Assembly: GCA_049903315.1 (NCBI GenBank)
Contig: JBNGBT010000004.1
Location: 128,001 to 192,000, forward strand
Length of the DNA stretch: 64,000 nucleotides
Direction of reading: 5' to 3'
From: Candidatus Cloacimonadota bacterium
Lineage (GTDB): Bacteria > Cloacimonadota > Cloacimonadia > JGIOTU-2
The position numbers and the translations under genes were made by a program. The stretch's first letter is position 1. The number at the start of each line of letters is the position of its first letter. Shown here in pieces: positions 28,420 to 38,135 of the stretch. The notes below the pieces were generated by a model. The model was not told the origin of the DNA, ran no database searches, and saw only the letters and a list, made by a program, of their open reading frames with translations.

Positions 28420-28574
28420 GTCGTTCTTAACTCAATGCTTCGCTTTTAAGTCAAGTCCGACAAGACTCAAGACTTGAGTTAAGGGCACGCAGTGAACTTG
28501 ACTTAAGGATTGTGGGTGAAGTATCGTTCTTAACTCAATTCCTCAGCAAGCTGAGTTATTAAGTCAAGTCCGAT
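28420..28574 (+). repeat. Composite hairpin repeat, copy 2
   Basis: Units A, B and C complete; starts 12 nt after the kinase stop at 28408. Confidence 0.95.
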
Positions 28575-28767
28575 AGAATTTTTCATACTGCCTAATAAAT
28601 TAAGCAAACTGCGGAATTAATTCAGCACTTTGGGGAAAATACTATTTTGCACAATTATTTTTCAGCTAGATTTAATAATTAATTAAATCACGTAACTTAC
28701 TGCCAAAAAGCACATTGCAAAATTGCAATCTCCAATTCAAGAATAATATCCCGGTTAATGACAACAC

Positions 28768-28783
28768 TGGCACGGAAATTGCT
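28768..28783 (+). promoter_or_regulatory. Sigma-54 (-24/-12) promoter candidate
   Basis: TGGCACGGAAATTGCT matches TGGCAC-N5-TTGCW with GG-N10-GC spacing; palindrome ATTGCAAAATTGCAAT upstream at 28714-28729. Confidence 0.7.
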
Positions 28784-28999
28784 ATTAATAATGTAAAGTA
28801 TAAAAGGTGTTTAAAGAATCACGTTGTCACGTGTAAAAAAAGCGGGTATTGCCATGATTGATAAAAAGTATAATAGAAAAAACAAAACAAATAAAAAAGG
28901 GATAAATTCTCTGTCAAAAATCAGTTTATCTGAGTTTAGTAATTGCACACAAACTGTAAATGACTCTGCATTTTTTTCCAAATTTAAAAAGGCGGATAT

Positions 29000-30007
29000 A
29001 TGTCAAAAAAAATAATCGGAATTATTATCATATGTGTAGTGGTAATCATAGGGATAGGTATTTATTCACTTGTGCATAAACAGCCTGTGAAATATTCAGG
29101 ACCTGCAGAGAAAATTATAATAGGGTCACCATTGCAGGAAATATCTTCCTTAGTATATCTCGCACATGAAAACAGATATTTTAAGGAAAATAAACTGGAT
29201 GTAGAAATAAAAAAATGTAACTCCGGAGTTGAGGCAGTACAGAAATTGCTTGATGGTGAGATAGATATCGCATTGGGCTCAGATTTTGTGCTTACCAGCA
29301 ACAGTTTTGATCACGATAACTTGAGGGTAATTGGTTCTATTGCCAAAGCTGATGTTGAAGAATTTGTTGTGAAGAAAGATTCCGGGATTTCAACTCCAAA
29401 AGATTTGAAAGGAAAGAAAATCGGCATTAAGAGAAAAAGCACTTCAGAATTTCACCTTGGAAGTTTTCTTCTCTTTAACGGACTTACCCTCGAAGACATA
29501 GAAATGGTTGATCTAAGCCCCGCAGAATTAGTAGAAGCGCTTAAAAATAATGAGGTTGATGCGATCATTACGTGGCCCCCTTACGCATTTAATGTGAAAA
29601 ACCAGTTGGGTGATAATGCATTCTCATGGAGTGCACAATCCGGGCATCAGTTTTTCTGGATTGCAATAACGACTCAAGATAAGATCCCCGAAAAGGAACT
29701 CGCTTTTGAAAAATTCTTCAAAGCTTTAGTGCAGTCTGAAGAATATATAAAAGAAAATAACGCAGAGACAAAAATTATAATTACAAAATACTTAGATACG
29801 AATGAAAAATATATGAATTATCATTGGCCTAAACAAAAGTTTGTTGTAGAACTTCCACAAGCCCTCATAATCACCCTTGACTCTCAGGCACGGTGGCGGA
29901 TACAAAATAAACTTACAAATGCCACAGAAATTCCCAACTATATGAACTTTATATATTTAGATGCGTTGAATAATGTCAAACCCGAAATAGTAACAATAAT
30001 AAGGTGA
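29000..30007 (+). CDS. NMT1/SsuA/TauA-like solute-binding protein with N-terminal anchor
   Basis: GISTPKDLKGKKIG, VDAIITWPPY; no permease or ATPase gene adjacent. Confidence 0.85.
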   Translation: MSKKIIGIIIICVVVIIGIGIYSLVHKQPVKYSGPAEKIIIGSPLQEISSLVYLAHENRYFKENKLDVEIKKCNSGVEAVQKLLDGEIDIALGSDFVLTSNSFDHDNLRVIGSIAKADVEEFVVKKDSGISTPKDLKGKKIGIKRKSTSEFHLGSFLLFNGLTLEDIEMVDLSPAELVEALKNNEVDAIITWPPYAFNVKNQLGDNAFSWSAQSGHQFFWIAITTQDKIPEKELAFEKFFKALVQSEEYIKENNAETKIIITKYLDTNEKYMNYHWPKQKFVVELPQALIITLDSQARWRIQNKLTNATEIPNYMNFIYLDALNNVKPEIVTIIR

Positions 30008-30011
30008 TATA

Positions 30012-31694
30012 ATGAAAATCAAAACAAAGATATATCTGATTTTTATAGTGTATTTAATTTTACTTGTCATACTGGGAAATGCATTGATCTTTACTGCGCG
30101 CCAGATGGTTCATTCAATTGATAAGTCAGATTTGGCAAGCGATATGGTGCAAGGGCTTTTTGGATTGAATGTATTAACTAATGATTACATTTTATACCAG
30201 TCAGAAAGAGCAAAAGAGCAATGGCAGGCAGTTTATACTTCTCTGGGAAATGTCATCGCACATAATTTACCTCATGAAAAGAAAGTGAAACATACACACA
30301 CTCATGAAGAAGAAGCTATTTTACATGAATTGCATGAAGATTGGACAGTTGTGGGAGAATTGTTCCCCCAGATCACTGATCCAGCTATCTCGAAAGAATT
30401 ACACGACAGATTGGTTTCACAGATATTAATAAAATCGCAAGAAATGGTGACAAATGCATTTGAATTGTCTCAGATGTCCCAAAGAACTATACTTAAAGCT
30501 CAAGGGAGAGATAATATATTCAATTTAGTCTTTTTAACATCGATGTTCATTCTTGTTTTAGTTGGATTTTATTCTCTTATTCATTCAACGCTGAAACCGA
30601 TGGAAAAATTAATGGAAGGAACAGAGATAATTGGAAAAGGAGATCTTAAATACAAGATTGACATTAAAGGTAAAGATGAAATAGGGAATTTGGCTGCTGC
30701 GTTTAATCGCATGACAACGAATTTGCAAGAAACCACTGCTTCCAGAGATGAATTAGATAAGGAAATCGCAGAGCGCAAACAAGCAGAAATTATGATCACA
30801 AAACAACAGGAACAGCTTAACTCCATATTCGATGGTATCGATGATGTGATCTATGTGGCAGATCCCGATACATATGAATTGCTTTTTACGAACGATGTTG
30901 CAAAGAAAATTTGGGGTGATAACATTATTGGCAAAAAGTGCTATGAAATATTGCAAGGGAGGAATTCACCCTGTCCTTTCTGTACGAATAAAGAAATTTT
31001 AAAAAAACTCGGCGAACCGGTAATATGGGAATTCCAGAATGAGAATAACAAAAGGTGGTATCGCTGTTTTGATAAAGCAATACAGTGGTCAGATGGTAAG
31101 ATGGTACGTTTCGAATTGGCTATGGATATTACAGAAATGAAAGAAGTGCAGCAACAGATCATCAAAGAAAAAGCCATAACAGAATCAGTTCTGGATAGTA
31201 TCCCGGGAATATTTTATCAAATCGATACAAAAGGTAAATTTGTAAGAACGAACAAAAGCTTTCAGGAACTTGTTGGAAAAACTGAAAATGAAATGAATAC
31301 ATTGAATGCAGTAGAACTTTTCGAAGGTGAAGATAGGCAGTTAATAGCAGAAGCAATGCAAAAAGTGTTTGTAGATGGGCATTATAGCGTGGAAGCAAAT
31401 ATGGCAATCCAGGATAAAAAAATCCCATTCTACTTCACTGGAATATTAACGAAAATTGATGATATCCCTTATCTTATTGGAATGGGAACTGATGTGAGCA
31501 CCCTGAAAGAGATAGAAACAAACCTGAGAAAAACCAATAGTGAACTGGAAATGTTCAACAAAATGGCAGTGGGCAGAGAGAAACGTATGATAGAGCTGAA
31601 AAGAAAGATCAATTCTATGAGCAAAGAACTTGGCAATGAAGAACCGTACGATCTTTCGTTTGCCGAAGCAGATACTGCTAAGGAGACGAATTAA
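30012..31694 (+). CDS. Membrane sensor: TM-periplasmic-TM-HAMP-PAS-PAS, no kinase domain
   Basis: HAMP (KDEIGNLAAAFNRM), two PAS domains, ends in FNKMAVGREKRMIELK coiled coil. Confidence 0.85.
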   Translation: MKIKTKIYLIFIVYLILLVILGNALIFTARQMVHSIDKSDLASDMVQGLFGLNVLTNDYILYQSERAKEQWQAVYTSLGNVIAHNLPHEKKVKHTHTHEEEAILHELHEDWTVVGELFPQITDPAISKELHDRLVSQILIKSQEMVTNAFELSQMSQRTILKAQGRDNIFNLVFLTSMFILVLVGFYSLIHSTLKPMEKLMEGTEIIGKGDLKYKIDIKGKDEIGNLAAAFNRMTTNLQETTASRDELDKEIAERKQAEIMITKQQEQLNSIFDGIDDVIYVADPDTYELLFTNDVAKKIWGDNIIGKKCYEILQGRNSPCPFCTNKEILKKLGEPVIWEFQNENNKRWYRCFDKAIQWSDGKMVRFELAMDITEMKEVQQQIIKEKAITESVLDSIPGIFYQIDTKGKFVRTNKSFQELVGKTENEMNTLNAVELFEGEDRQLIAEAMQKVFVDGHYSVEANMAIQDKKIPFYFTGILTKIDDIPYLIGMGTDVSTLKEIETNLRKTNSELEMFNKMAVGREKRMIELKRKINSMSKELGNEEPYDLSFAEADTAKETN

Positions 31695-33064
31695 TGAAAA
31701 TGCATATTTCACAACTCGTTGATATCAATAGGCTTCAGAAAATTCTGGAAAAATTCTACATAGCTACTGGAACAAATGCATTTATTTTAGATCTTGAAGG
31801 AAATATACTGGCTGAAATAGGTTGGCAGGATATCTGTACAAAATTTCATCGCGTAAATGCCGAAACATGTAAAAACTGTATGGAAAGCGATACTTCCCTC
31901 GCAAACGACCTGAAGAAGGGTAAAAAGTATAATGTGTATAAATGTCTGAATGGTCTGATTGATGTCGCTGTTCCTATTACTGTTAAAGGCGAGCATATCG
32001 GAAACCTTTTCGTGGGTCAGTTCCTCTATGAAGAACCTGATCTGAATTTCTTCCGTAAACAAGCAGCAAAGTATGGATTTGATGAGAAAGAGTATTTGGA
32101 AGCTCTGTCTAAAGTTCCTATTTTATCTGATGAAGATGTGAAGAAAAAAATGGAGTTTCTTTCGGAACTAACAATGCTCATCGGTGATATGGGGATCAAT
32201 AAATTGGATTTGATGGAGCTGACCGGCTCTCTGGAAAAGAGGATTACAGAACGCACAAAAGATCTAAGAGAAGCCAAAATCGCCACCCTGAACATGATGC
32301 AGGACGCTGAAGAAGCGAGAAGGGAGACTGCGTCATCAAATAAGAAACTTAAAAAATCGATGCTTGATCTTGAGCGGTCGAATAAGGAATTGGAGCAGTT
32401 TGCCTATGTGGCATCCCATGATCTGCAGGAACCTCTCCGCATGATCTCAAGTTATACGCAACTGCTGGCAAAAAGGTTCCAGGGTCAACTTGATGAAAAA
32501 GCAGATAAGTACATACACTATGCGGTCGACGGGGCAGTGCGTATGCAGACTTTGATTAATGACCTGTTATCCTATTCAAGGGTAACAACACGCGGCGAAC
32601 CCTTCAAAAATGTAGATTGTTATTCTGTTCTGGGACAGGCGCATTTAAATCTAAAGAAAGTGATCGAGGAGAATCAAGCAATTATTATGAATAATGGTCT
32701 GCCGGAAGTGAAAGCAGATGCTAATCAGCTTGTAAGAGTGTTTCAAAATCTCATTGCCAATGCAATTAAGTTTCGTAAAGAAGAAACTCCTGTCATTCGT
32801 ATTTCAGCGAAACAAAAAGATGAAGAATGGATCTTTTCTGTACAAGATAATGGCATTGGAATTGATCAAAAGCATAAAGATCGGATCTTTATTATTTTCC
32901 AGCGGCTGCATACACGAGCGGATTATGCCGGAACCGGTATCGGGCTGGCAGTATGTAAAAGAATAATTAACAGACATGGTGGTAAGATCTGGGTGGAATC
33001 CGAACCCGGCAAAGGTTCTACGTTCTATTTTACCTTACCTATACAAAAGGAAAAAAAATCATGA
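31694..33064 (+). CDS. PocR-domain histidine kinase (phytochrome-type kinase core)
   Basis: PocR; FAYVASHDLQEPLR; FQRLH...GTGIGLA. Confidence 0.93.
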   Translation: MKMHISQLVDINRLQKILEKFYIATGTNAFILDLEGNILAEIGWQDICTKFHRVNAETCKNCMESDTSLANDLKKGKKYNVYKCLNGLIDVAVPITVKGEHIGNLFVGQFLYEEPDLNFFRKQAAKYGFDEKEYLEALSKVPILSDEDVKKKMEFLSELTMLIGDMGINKLDLMELTGSLEKRITERTKDLREAKIATLNMMQDAEEARRETASSNKKLKKSMLDLERSNKELEQFAYVASHDLQEPLRMISSYTQLLAKRFQGQLDEKADKYIHYAVDGAVRMQTLINDLLSYSRVTTRGEPFKNVDCYSVLGQAHLNLKKVIEENQAIIMNNGLPEVKADANQLVRVFQNLIANAIKFRKEETPVIRISAKQKDEEWIFSVQDNGIGIDQKHKDRIFIIFQRLHTRADYAGTGIGLAVCKRIINRHGGKIWVESEPGKGSTFYFTLPIQKEKKS

Positions 33065-33093
33065 CAAAACAAGAAACAAAACATGGAGGAAAC

Positions 33094-33534
33094 ATGTTAG
33101 TGAAAACTATCGATATTTTGCTGGTTGAAGACAATCCCGGTGATGTGGAACTCACCCGGGAAGCGCTTGAGATCAGTAAATTAAAAAACAACCTGTTTGT
33201 GGCAGAAAATGGCGAGGAAGCAATGGATTTTCTTTATAAAAGAGGAAAGTTCGCAAATATGCCGAAACCAGATCTCATACTGCTGGACTTGAACCTGCCA
33301 TTAAAGGACGGCAGAGAGGTCCTCAAAGATATCAAAACAGATAAAGATCTCCTCAGGATACCTGTCGTCATTTTGACTACATCAGAAGCAGAAGAAGATG
33401 TACTTAAGACCTATGACCTGCATGCAAACTGCTATATTACCAAACCATTGGACCTTGAACGCTTTATCCATGTGGTGAAAAATATCAAAGAATTCTGGAT
33501 GAGTATCGTTGTGCTTCCTGATGGATTAAAATAA
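33094..33534 (+). CDS. Single-domain response regulator (Rcp1-like)
   Basis: ILLVEDNPGD, LLDLNLP, YDLHANCYITKP; GGAGG at 33085 supports ATG 33094. Confidence 0.95.
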   Translation: MLVKTIDILLVEDNPGDVELTREALEISKLKNNLFVAENGEEAMDFLYKRGKFANMPKPDLILLDLNLPLKDGREVLKDIKTDKDLLRIPVVILTTSEAEEDVLKTYDLHANCYITKPLDLERFIHVVKNIKEFWMSIVVLPDGLK

Positions 33535-33675
33535 CGAAAGAGAAAAAATTCTATTTATCATTACTGATATGTGTCAGGAATATTAAGGCGAAGATAATAG
33601 TTCTTTCCTGAGACCTTGTGAAAAAGCTCACGGGTTTACAGTAAATAATTACTAAATAGTGCTATAGAGATTAAT

Positions 33676-35595
33676 ATGAACACAAGACTAAATATTTTGT
33701 TGGTCGAGGATAATCCTGGTGATGCAGAACTCATTAAGGATATGATATTTGAATCACGTTTAAAGCGTTCAGATATAGAAGAGGTTCAGACCCTGAAACA
33801 CGCTATTACGCAGGTTCAAAATAAAGATTTTGATATAATCCTCTTGGACCTTGGTTTGCCGGATAGCGCCGGTATGGATACTCTCTATGAAATACTCAAG
33901 TGGTCAGAAAGCGCTCCTGTGGTCGTTTTTACCGGACTGGATGACGAAGAAGCCGGACTTGAAGCTATAAGCAAAGGCGCACAGGATTACCTGGTAAAGG
34001 GTAAGGTCGGATCGGATATGTTAGCCCGTTTCATTTTATATTCCATAGAGCGGAAAAAAGATGCTAAGAAGATATCTCACTTGAACAGTATGCTCAAAGC
34101 AATACGAAATGTGAACCAGCTTATTGTGAAAGAAAAAGATGTGGATGAGCTCATCATGCAATCATGTAATATCCTAACAAAAGAGCGTGAGTATCTTAAT
34201 GCCTGTATTATCCTTTTCGATGAGAAGAACAAGCCATATAAATCTTCAATGAGAAGAAATACGAAGGGATATGATGAATTTCGCACACAGGTTGAAAAAG
34301 GCACCTGGAAAGGAATTTGTCAAAAAGCTCTCGGAATTGAAGGTATTCAAATAATTGAAAATCCTGCAGATGAATGCGGGAAATGCCCTCTTAATGAATG
34401 CCTCAGTGGGGGTAATGCGATAGCTATCCGGCTCGAGTATGGTGATAAAGTATATGGCGTTATGTCTGTGAGGGTTCCCCGGGATATGGCGTTTGCTAAA
34501 GAAGAACAGGAATTGTTAAAAGAAGCTGCCGGTGATATCTCCTTTGCTATTCATGATATTGAAATAGAGAAAGAGCACAAGCAGGCGGTAGAAAAACAGA
34601 AAATATCCGAAAGAGAAAAATCAATAATACTCAATAGCTCACCTACCCTGATCGCGTATCAAAATATGAACCATGAAGTCGTTTGGGCTAATCAAGCTGC
34701 CTGTGATTCTGTTGCTAAAAAGTTTGATGAATTGATAGGTAAGAAATGTTATCATATCTGGGCAAAACAAGATGAAGCATGTAAAGGATGTCCAGTTGAG
34801 ATATCCTGGAAAACCAAAAAAATAGTAAGTGGAGAACATGTTACACCTGATGGACGGTGTTGGTCAATCATTGGGAGTCCCGTTATCGATGACCATGGGA
34901 AAATAATCGGCGCAGTGGAAACGAGTCTGGACATCACCGAGCGCAAACAGGCGGAAGAACAGCTCAAGAAAGAGCTCACAGAAAAAGAATTGTTGTTGAG
35001 AGAAATACGTCATAGAGTAAAAAATAATCTGCAGGTGATATCAGGTCTTCTTCATCTTCAGCAGAGAGAAATAAAAACAAAAGAAGATGTTGCAAAGGGA
35101 TTTAATGCAAGCCAGGATAGAATACTTGCAATGGCAAAAGCGTATGAGTTATTATTGGGATCGGAGTATATGTCTGACGTGAGTGTGGGGAAATATATCG
35201 AATCACTTGCGACTCAACTTAAAAATAATTATGATATCCATAATAAAGTGAAAATACACTATTCTATGGATGAACTCACGGTCAATATCGAGATATTAGA
35301 CAGGCTAGCGCTGGCATTGAATGAGATCATCACGAATGCAATAAAATATGCGTTTGAAGGAAGAGATTCCGGGACTATCACAATACAAGTGAAAGGTGAT
35401 GAAGATCGCTTTACGATAAAGATATCAGATGATGGAACAGGCATTCCGGAAGAGGTAAAAACGGATAATCCCGCGACACTTGGTCTCTCGATTATTTCTA
35501 TGATCATCGGACAATTATATGGCACATTATCAATAGACAGAACAAATGGGACGTGTTTTATCCTGGATATCCCACACAAAAAAGATGAGAATTAA
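33676..35595 (+). CDS. REC-GAF-PAS-HisKA_2-HATPase hybrid kinase
   Basis: LLDLGLPDS; AIRNVNQLIV GAF; EIRHRVKNNLQ; NAIKYAF. Confidence 0.92.
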   Translation: MNTRLNILLVEDNPGDAELIKDMIFESRLKRSDIEEVQTLKHAITQVQNKDFDIILLDLGLPDSAGMDTLYEILKWSESAPVVVFTGLDDEEAGLEAISKGAQDYLVKGKVGSDMLARFILYSIERKKDAKKISHLNSMLKAIRNVNQLIVKEKDVDELIMQSCNILTKEREYLNACIILFDEKNKPYKSSMRRNTKGYDEFRTQVEKGTWKGICQKALGIEGIQIIENPADECGKCPLNECLSGGNAIAIRLEYGDKVYGVMSVRVPRDMAFAKEEQELLKEAAGDISFAIHDIEIEKEHKQAVEKQKISEREKSIILNSSPTLIAYQNMNHEVVWANQAACDSVAKKFDELIGKKCYHIWAKQDEACKGCPVEISWKTKKIVSGEHVTPDGRCWSIIGSPVIDDHGKIIGAVETSLDITERKQAEEQLKKELTEKELLLREIRHRVKNNLQVISGLLHLQQREIKTKEDVAKGFNASQDRILAMAKAYELLLGSEYMSDVSVGKYIESLATQLKNNYDIHNKVKIHYSMDELTVNIEILDRLALALNEIITNAIKYAFEGRDSGTITIQVKGDEDRFTIKISDDGTGIPEEVKTDNPATLGLSIISMIIGQLYGTLSIDRTNGTCFILDIPHKKDEN

Positions 35596-35607
35596 GGGAG
35601 AGGTGCT

Positions 35608-37797
35608 ATGGAACTTACATTAAATATTTTACTGGTAGAAGATAATCCAGGTGATGTGGAATTGATAAAAGAAATGATGGAACAGCCACATATCCGGAAT
35701 TCTACAATTATAGAAGCCAGAAACCTAGAACAAGCGATTTCCAAACTTCAAGAAGACACTTTTGATATTATACTTTTAGATTTGGGCTTGCCGGACAGCG
35801 CTGGTTTGATGACGCTCACTGATATATTGCAGTATGCAAAAAAGATTCCTGTGGTGGTTCTTACAGGTCTTGATGACGAGAGTTTGGCAGTGGATGCGAT
35901 ACGCAAAGGCGCCGAGGATTATCTCCCCAAAAATAAGATGGATGCTGAAGTTCTTTTGCGTGTTCTTCGGTATGCAATAGAGCGCAAACGCGTACGTGAA
36001 GCTTTACATGCAAGTGAAAAAAAATACAGGTACCTTGTGAATGAAATCAATGATGGGATTTATAATTCTGATATTGATGGCAATTTCACTTTTACAAATA
36101 ATGCACTCTGCTCGCTCCTTGGCTATGAAGAGGAAGAATTGATCGGGAAACCTTTTAGGGAGCTTATTATACCTGATGAGCGGGAACGATTCATAACATT
36201 ATATAAAGATACTCTCAAAACCGGCAAATCTCATGGAGTCATTGAAGTGCCGATTCAGGATAATAATGGAAATTCCCTGGTTATCGAGATAAAACCAGTC
36301 GTGATCAAGAGGGGGGGGAAACCGGTCGGCTCCCGCGGAGTTGTGCGTGATGTAACTCAACGCAAACAATGGGAGACACAATTACAAGCAAGTGAGAACC
36401 GCTATCGCTCTTTTGTGGAGAATTTCCACGGCATTGCTTTTCGCAGCAGTCTGGATTGGATTCCACTGTACTTTCATGGTGCGGTAAAAGAGATCACGGG
36501 TTACACAGAAGCAGAATTCATTAATGGTAAGCCCCGCTGGGATCAGATCATATATAAGGATGATCTGGAAAAGCTCATGACACCTGAATCACAGGAAGGA
36601 ATAAAGCAGGTCGGATATGTGGCAGAGCGAGAGTACAGGATCGTCACAAAATGCGGGGAAATAAAATGGCTGCATGATTATATACAAACTGTATATGATG
36701 ACCTACTCGGGGAGAATATCCTGCAAGGTGCACTCTATGATATTACTGACAGAAAAAAGGCAGAGGAAGCGTTGATTTTGGGAGAAAGGCAAATCAGATT
36801 TCAGGCGGAACTGCTCCAGAACGCGCCGATGATAGCAGCTTTTCACGACAAAGATCTCAATATGGTCTGGGCAAACAACGCATATGAAAAAGCAACCGGA
36901 TCATCCTTGGCGGAAATGAAGAACAGGAAGTGTTATTCTGTGTGGAATCTTTCCAGACCGTGTCGCAACTGTCCTGTTATGAAGGCAATAGAAACAGGAG
37001 AATCTCATGAGGCGGAGTTAACACCTCAAAACCAGGATCATTGGCCTGAGTCTCAGGGATGCTGGCTCTCAAAAGCTGCTCCTGTACGTGAAAGGGACGG
37101 CAGTATTATCGGAGCCATTGAAATTGCGATAAATATCACAGAACTCAAGCAGGCGGAAGAAGAATTAAAGATGAACCGCGAGAGATTAAAAACAGCAACC
37201 TCAATTCTGCGGCACGACATCATTAATGATCTTTCTGTGATCAAAAGCGCAGTTGATATATATCGTGATGAGCACGACGAAACGATGATTGACGAGATAG
37301 AGAAACGAGTAAAGAAAACAATAGAAACGATAAATAATCAAAGAGATCAGGTTAAGTTCTTAGATGCTCATGCTGAGCTGGATGAATATAACTTGGAAGA
37401 AGTACTATATAATGTCTTAAAAAATTATCCATGCCTTGAGATGACGATTTCGGGCTCCGGCAAAGTTTATGCTGATAATGCCATATATTCAGTATGTGAG
37501 AATATAATCAGCAATGCAATCAAACATGGAAAAAATAAAAAAATAGATATCGATATTGTTCCAGACAAAGAATATTGCGAGGTCAGATTTAAGGATTATG
37601 GTACTGGCATACCTGACGAAATAAAGGATAAGATTTTTGATGAGGGTTTCCATTATGGCAAGTCCGGTCATACGGGTATTGGTCTCTTTATTGTGAAGAA
37701 GACTATCGAGGAATATGGCGGAGAAGTTTCAGTGAAGGATAATAAACCGAGTGGAGCCATATTTGTCATTCGTTTAAAGAAAACGGTCGAAAGATAA
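35608..37797 (+). CDS. REC-PAS(x3) histidine kinase with RHD-type H-box
   Basis: LLDLGLPDS; three PAS; ILRHDIINDL; DYGTGIP; GHTGIGL. Confidence 0.92.
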   Translation: MELTLNILLVEDNPGDVELIKEMMEQPHIRNSTIIEARNLEQAISKLQEDTFDIILLDLGLPDSAGLMTLTDILQYAKKIPVVVLTGLDDESLAVDAIRKGAEDYLPKNKMDAEVLLRVLRYAIERKRVREALHASEKKYRYLVNEINDGIYNSDIDGNFTFTNNALCSLLGYEEEELIGKPFRELIIPDERERFITLYKDTLKTGKSHGVIEVPIQDNNGNSLVIEIKPVVIKRGGKPVGSRGVVRDVTQRKQWETQLQASENRYRSFVENFHGIAFRSSLDWIPLYFHGAVKEITGYTEAEFINGKPRWDQIIYKDDLEKLMTPESQEGIKQVGYVAEREYRIVTKCGEIKWLHDYIQTVYDDLLGENILQGALYDITDRKKAEEALILGERQIRFQAELLQNAPMIAAFHDKDLNMVWANNAYEKATGSSLAEMKNRKCYSVWNLSRPCRNCPVMKAIETGESHEAELTPQNQDHWPESQGCWLSKAAPVRERDGSIIGAIEIAINITELKQAEEELKMNRERLKTATSILRHDIINDLSVIKSAVDIYRDEHDETMIDEIEKRVKKTIETINNQRDQVKFLDAHAELDEYNLEEVLYNVLKNYPCLEMTISGSGKVYADNAIYSVCENIISNAIKHGKNKKIDIDIVPDKEYCEVRFKDYGTGIPDEIKDKIFDEGFHYGKSGHTGIGLFIVKKTIEEYGGEVSVKDNKPSGAIFVIRLKKTVER

Positions 37798-37817
37798 AAA
37801 ATGAAAAAATATTATGT

Positions 37818-38035
37818 GTCGTTCTTAACTCAACGCTTCGCTGTTAAGTCAAGTCCGACAAGACTTGAAAAAGACTCAAGACTTGAGTTAAGGGCACGAA
37901 GTGAACTTGACTTAAGGATTGTTGTTGGTGCAGTATCGTTCTTAACTCAATCCCTCAGCAAGCTGAGTTATTAAGTCAAGTCCGATGAAAGGGATAGAAA
38001 ATGCGAAGTGAATTTGACTTAAGGATTTTGGACGA
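37818..38035 (+). repeat. Composite hairpin repeat, copy 3 (longest; units A, B, C and partial second B)
   Basis: Full units plus GCGAAGTGAATTTGACTTAAGGATT; followed by heptamer run ACGAGTT-GCGGGTT-GCGGGTT (38032-38052). Confidence 0.95.
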
Positions 38036-38135
38036 GTTGCGGGTTGCGGGTTGTTTATTATCCGCTTGAGGAGAACGATTAATTCGTCATAGATGGATTG
38101 AATGAATTTTTTATGAATATATGTAGGAGTTAAGA

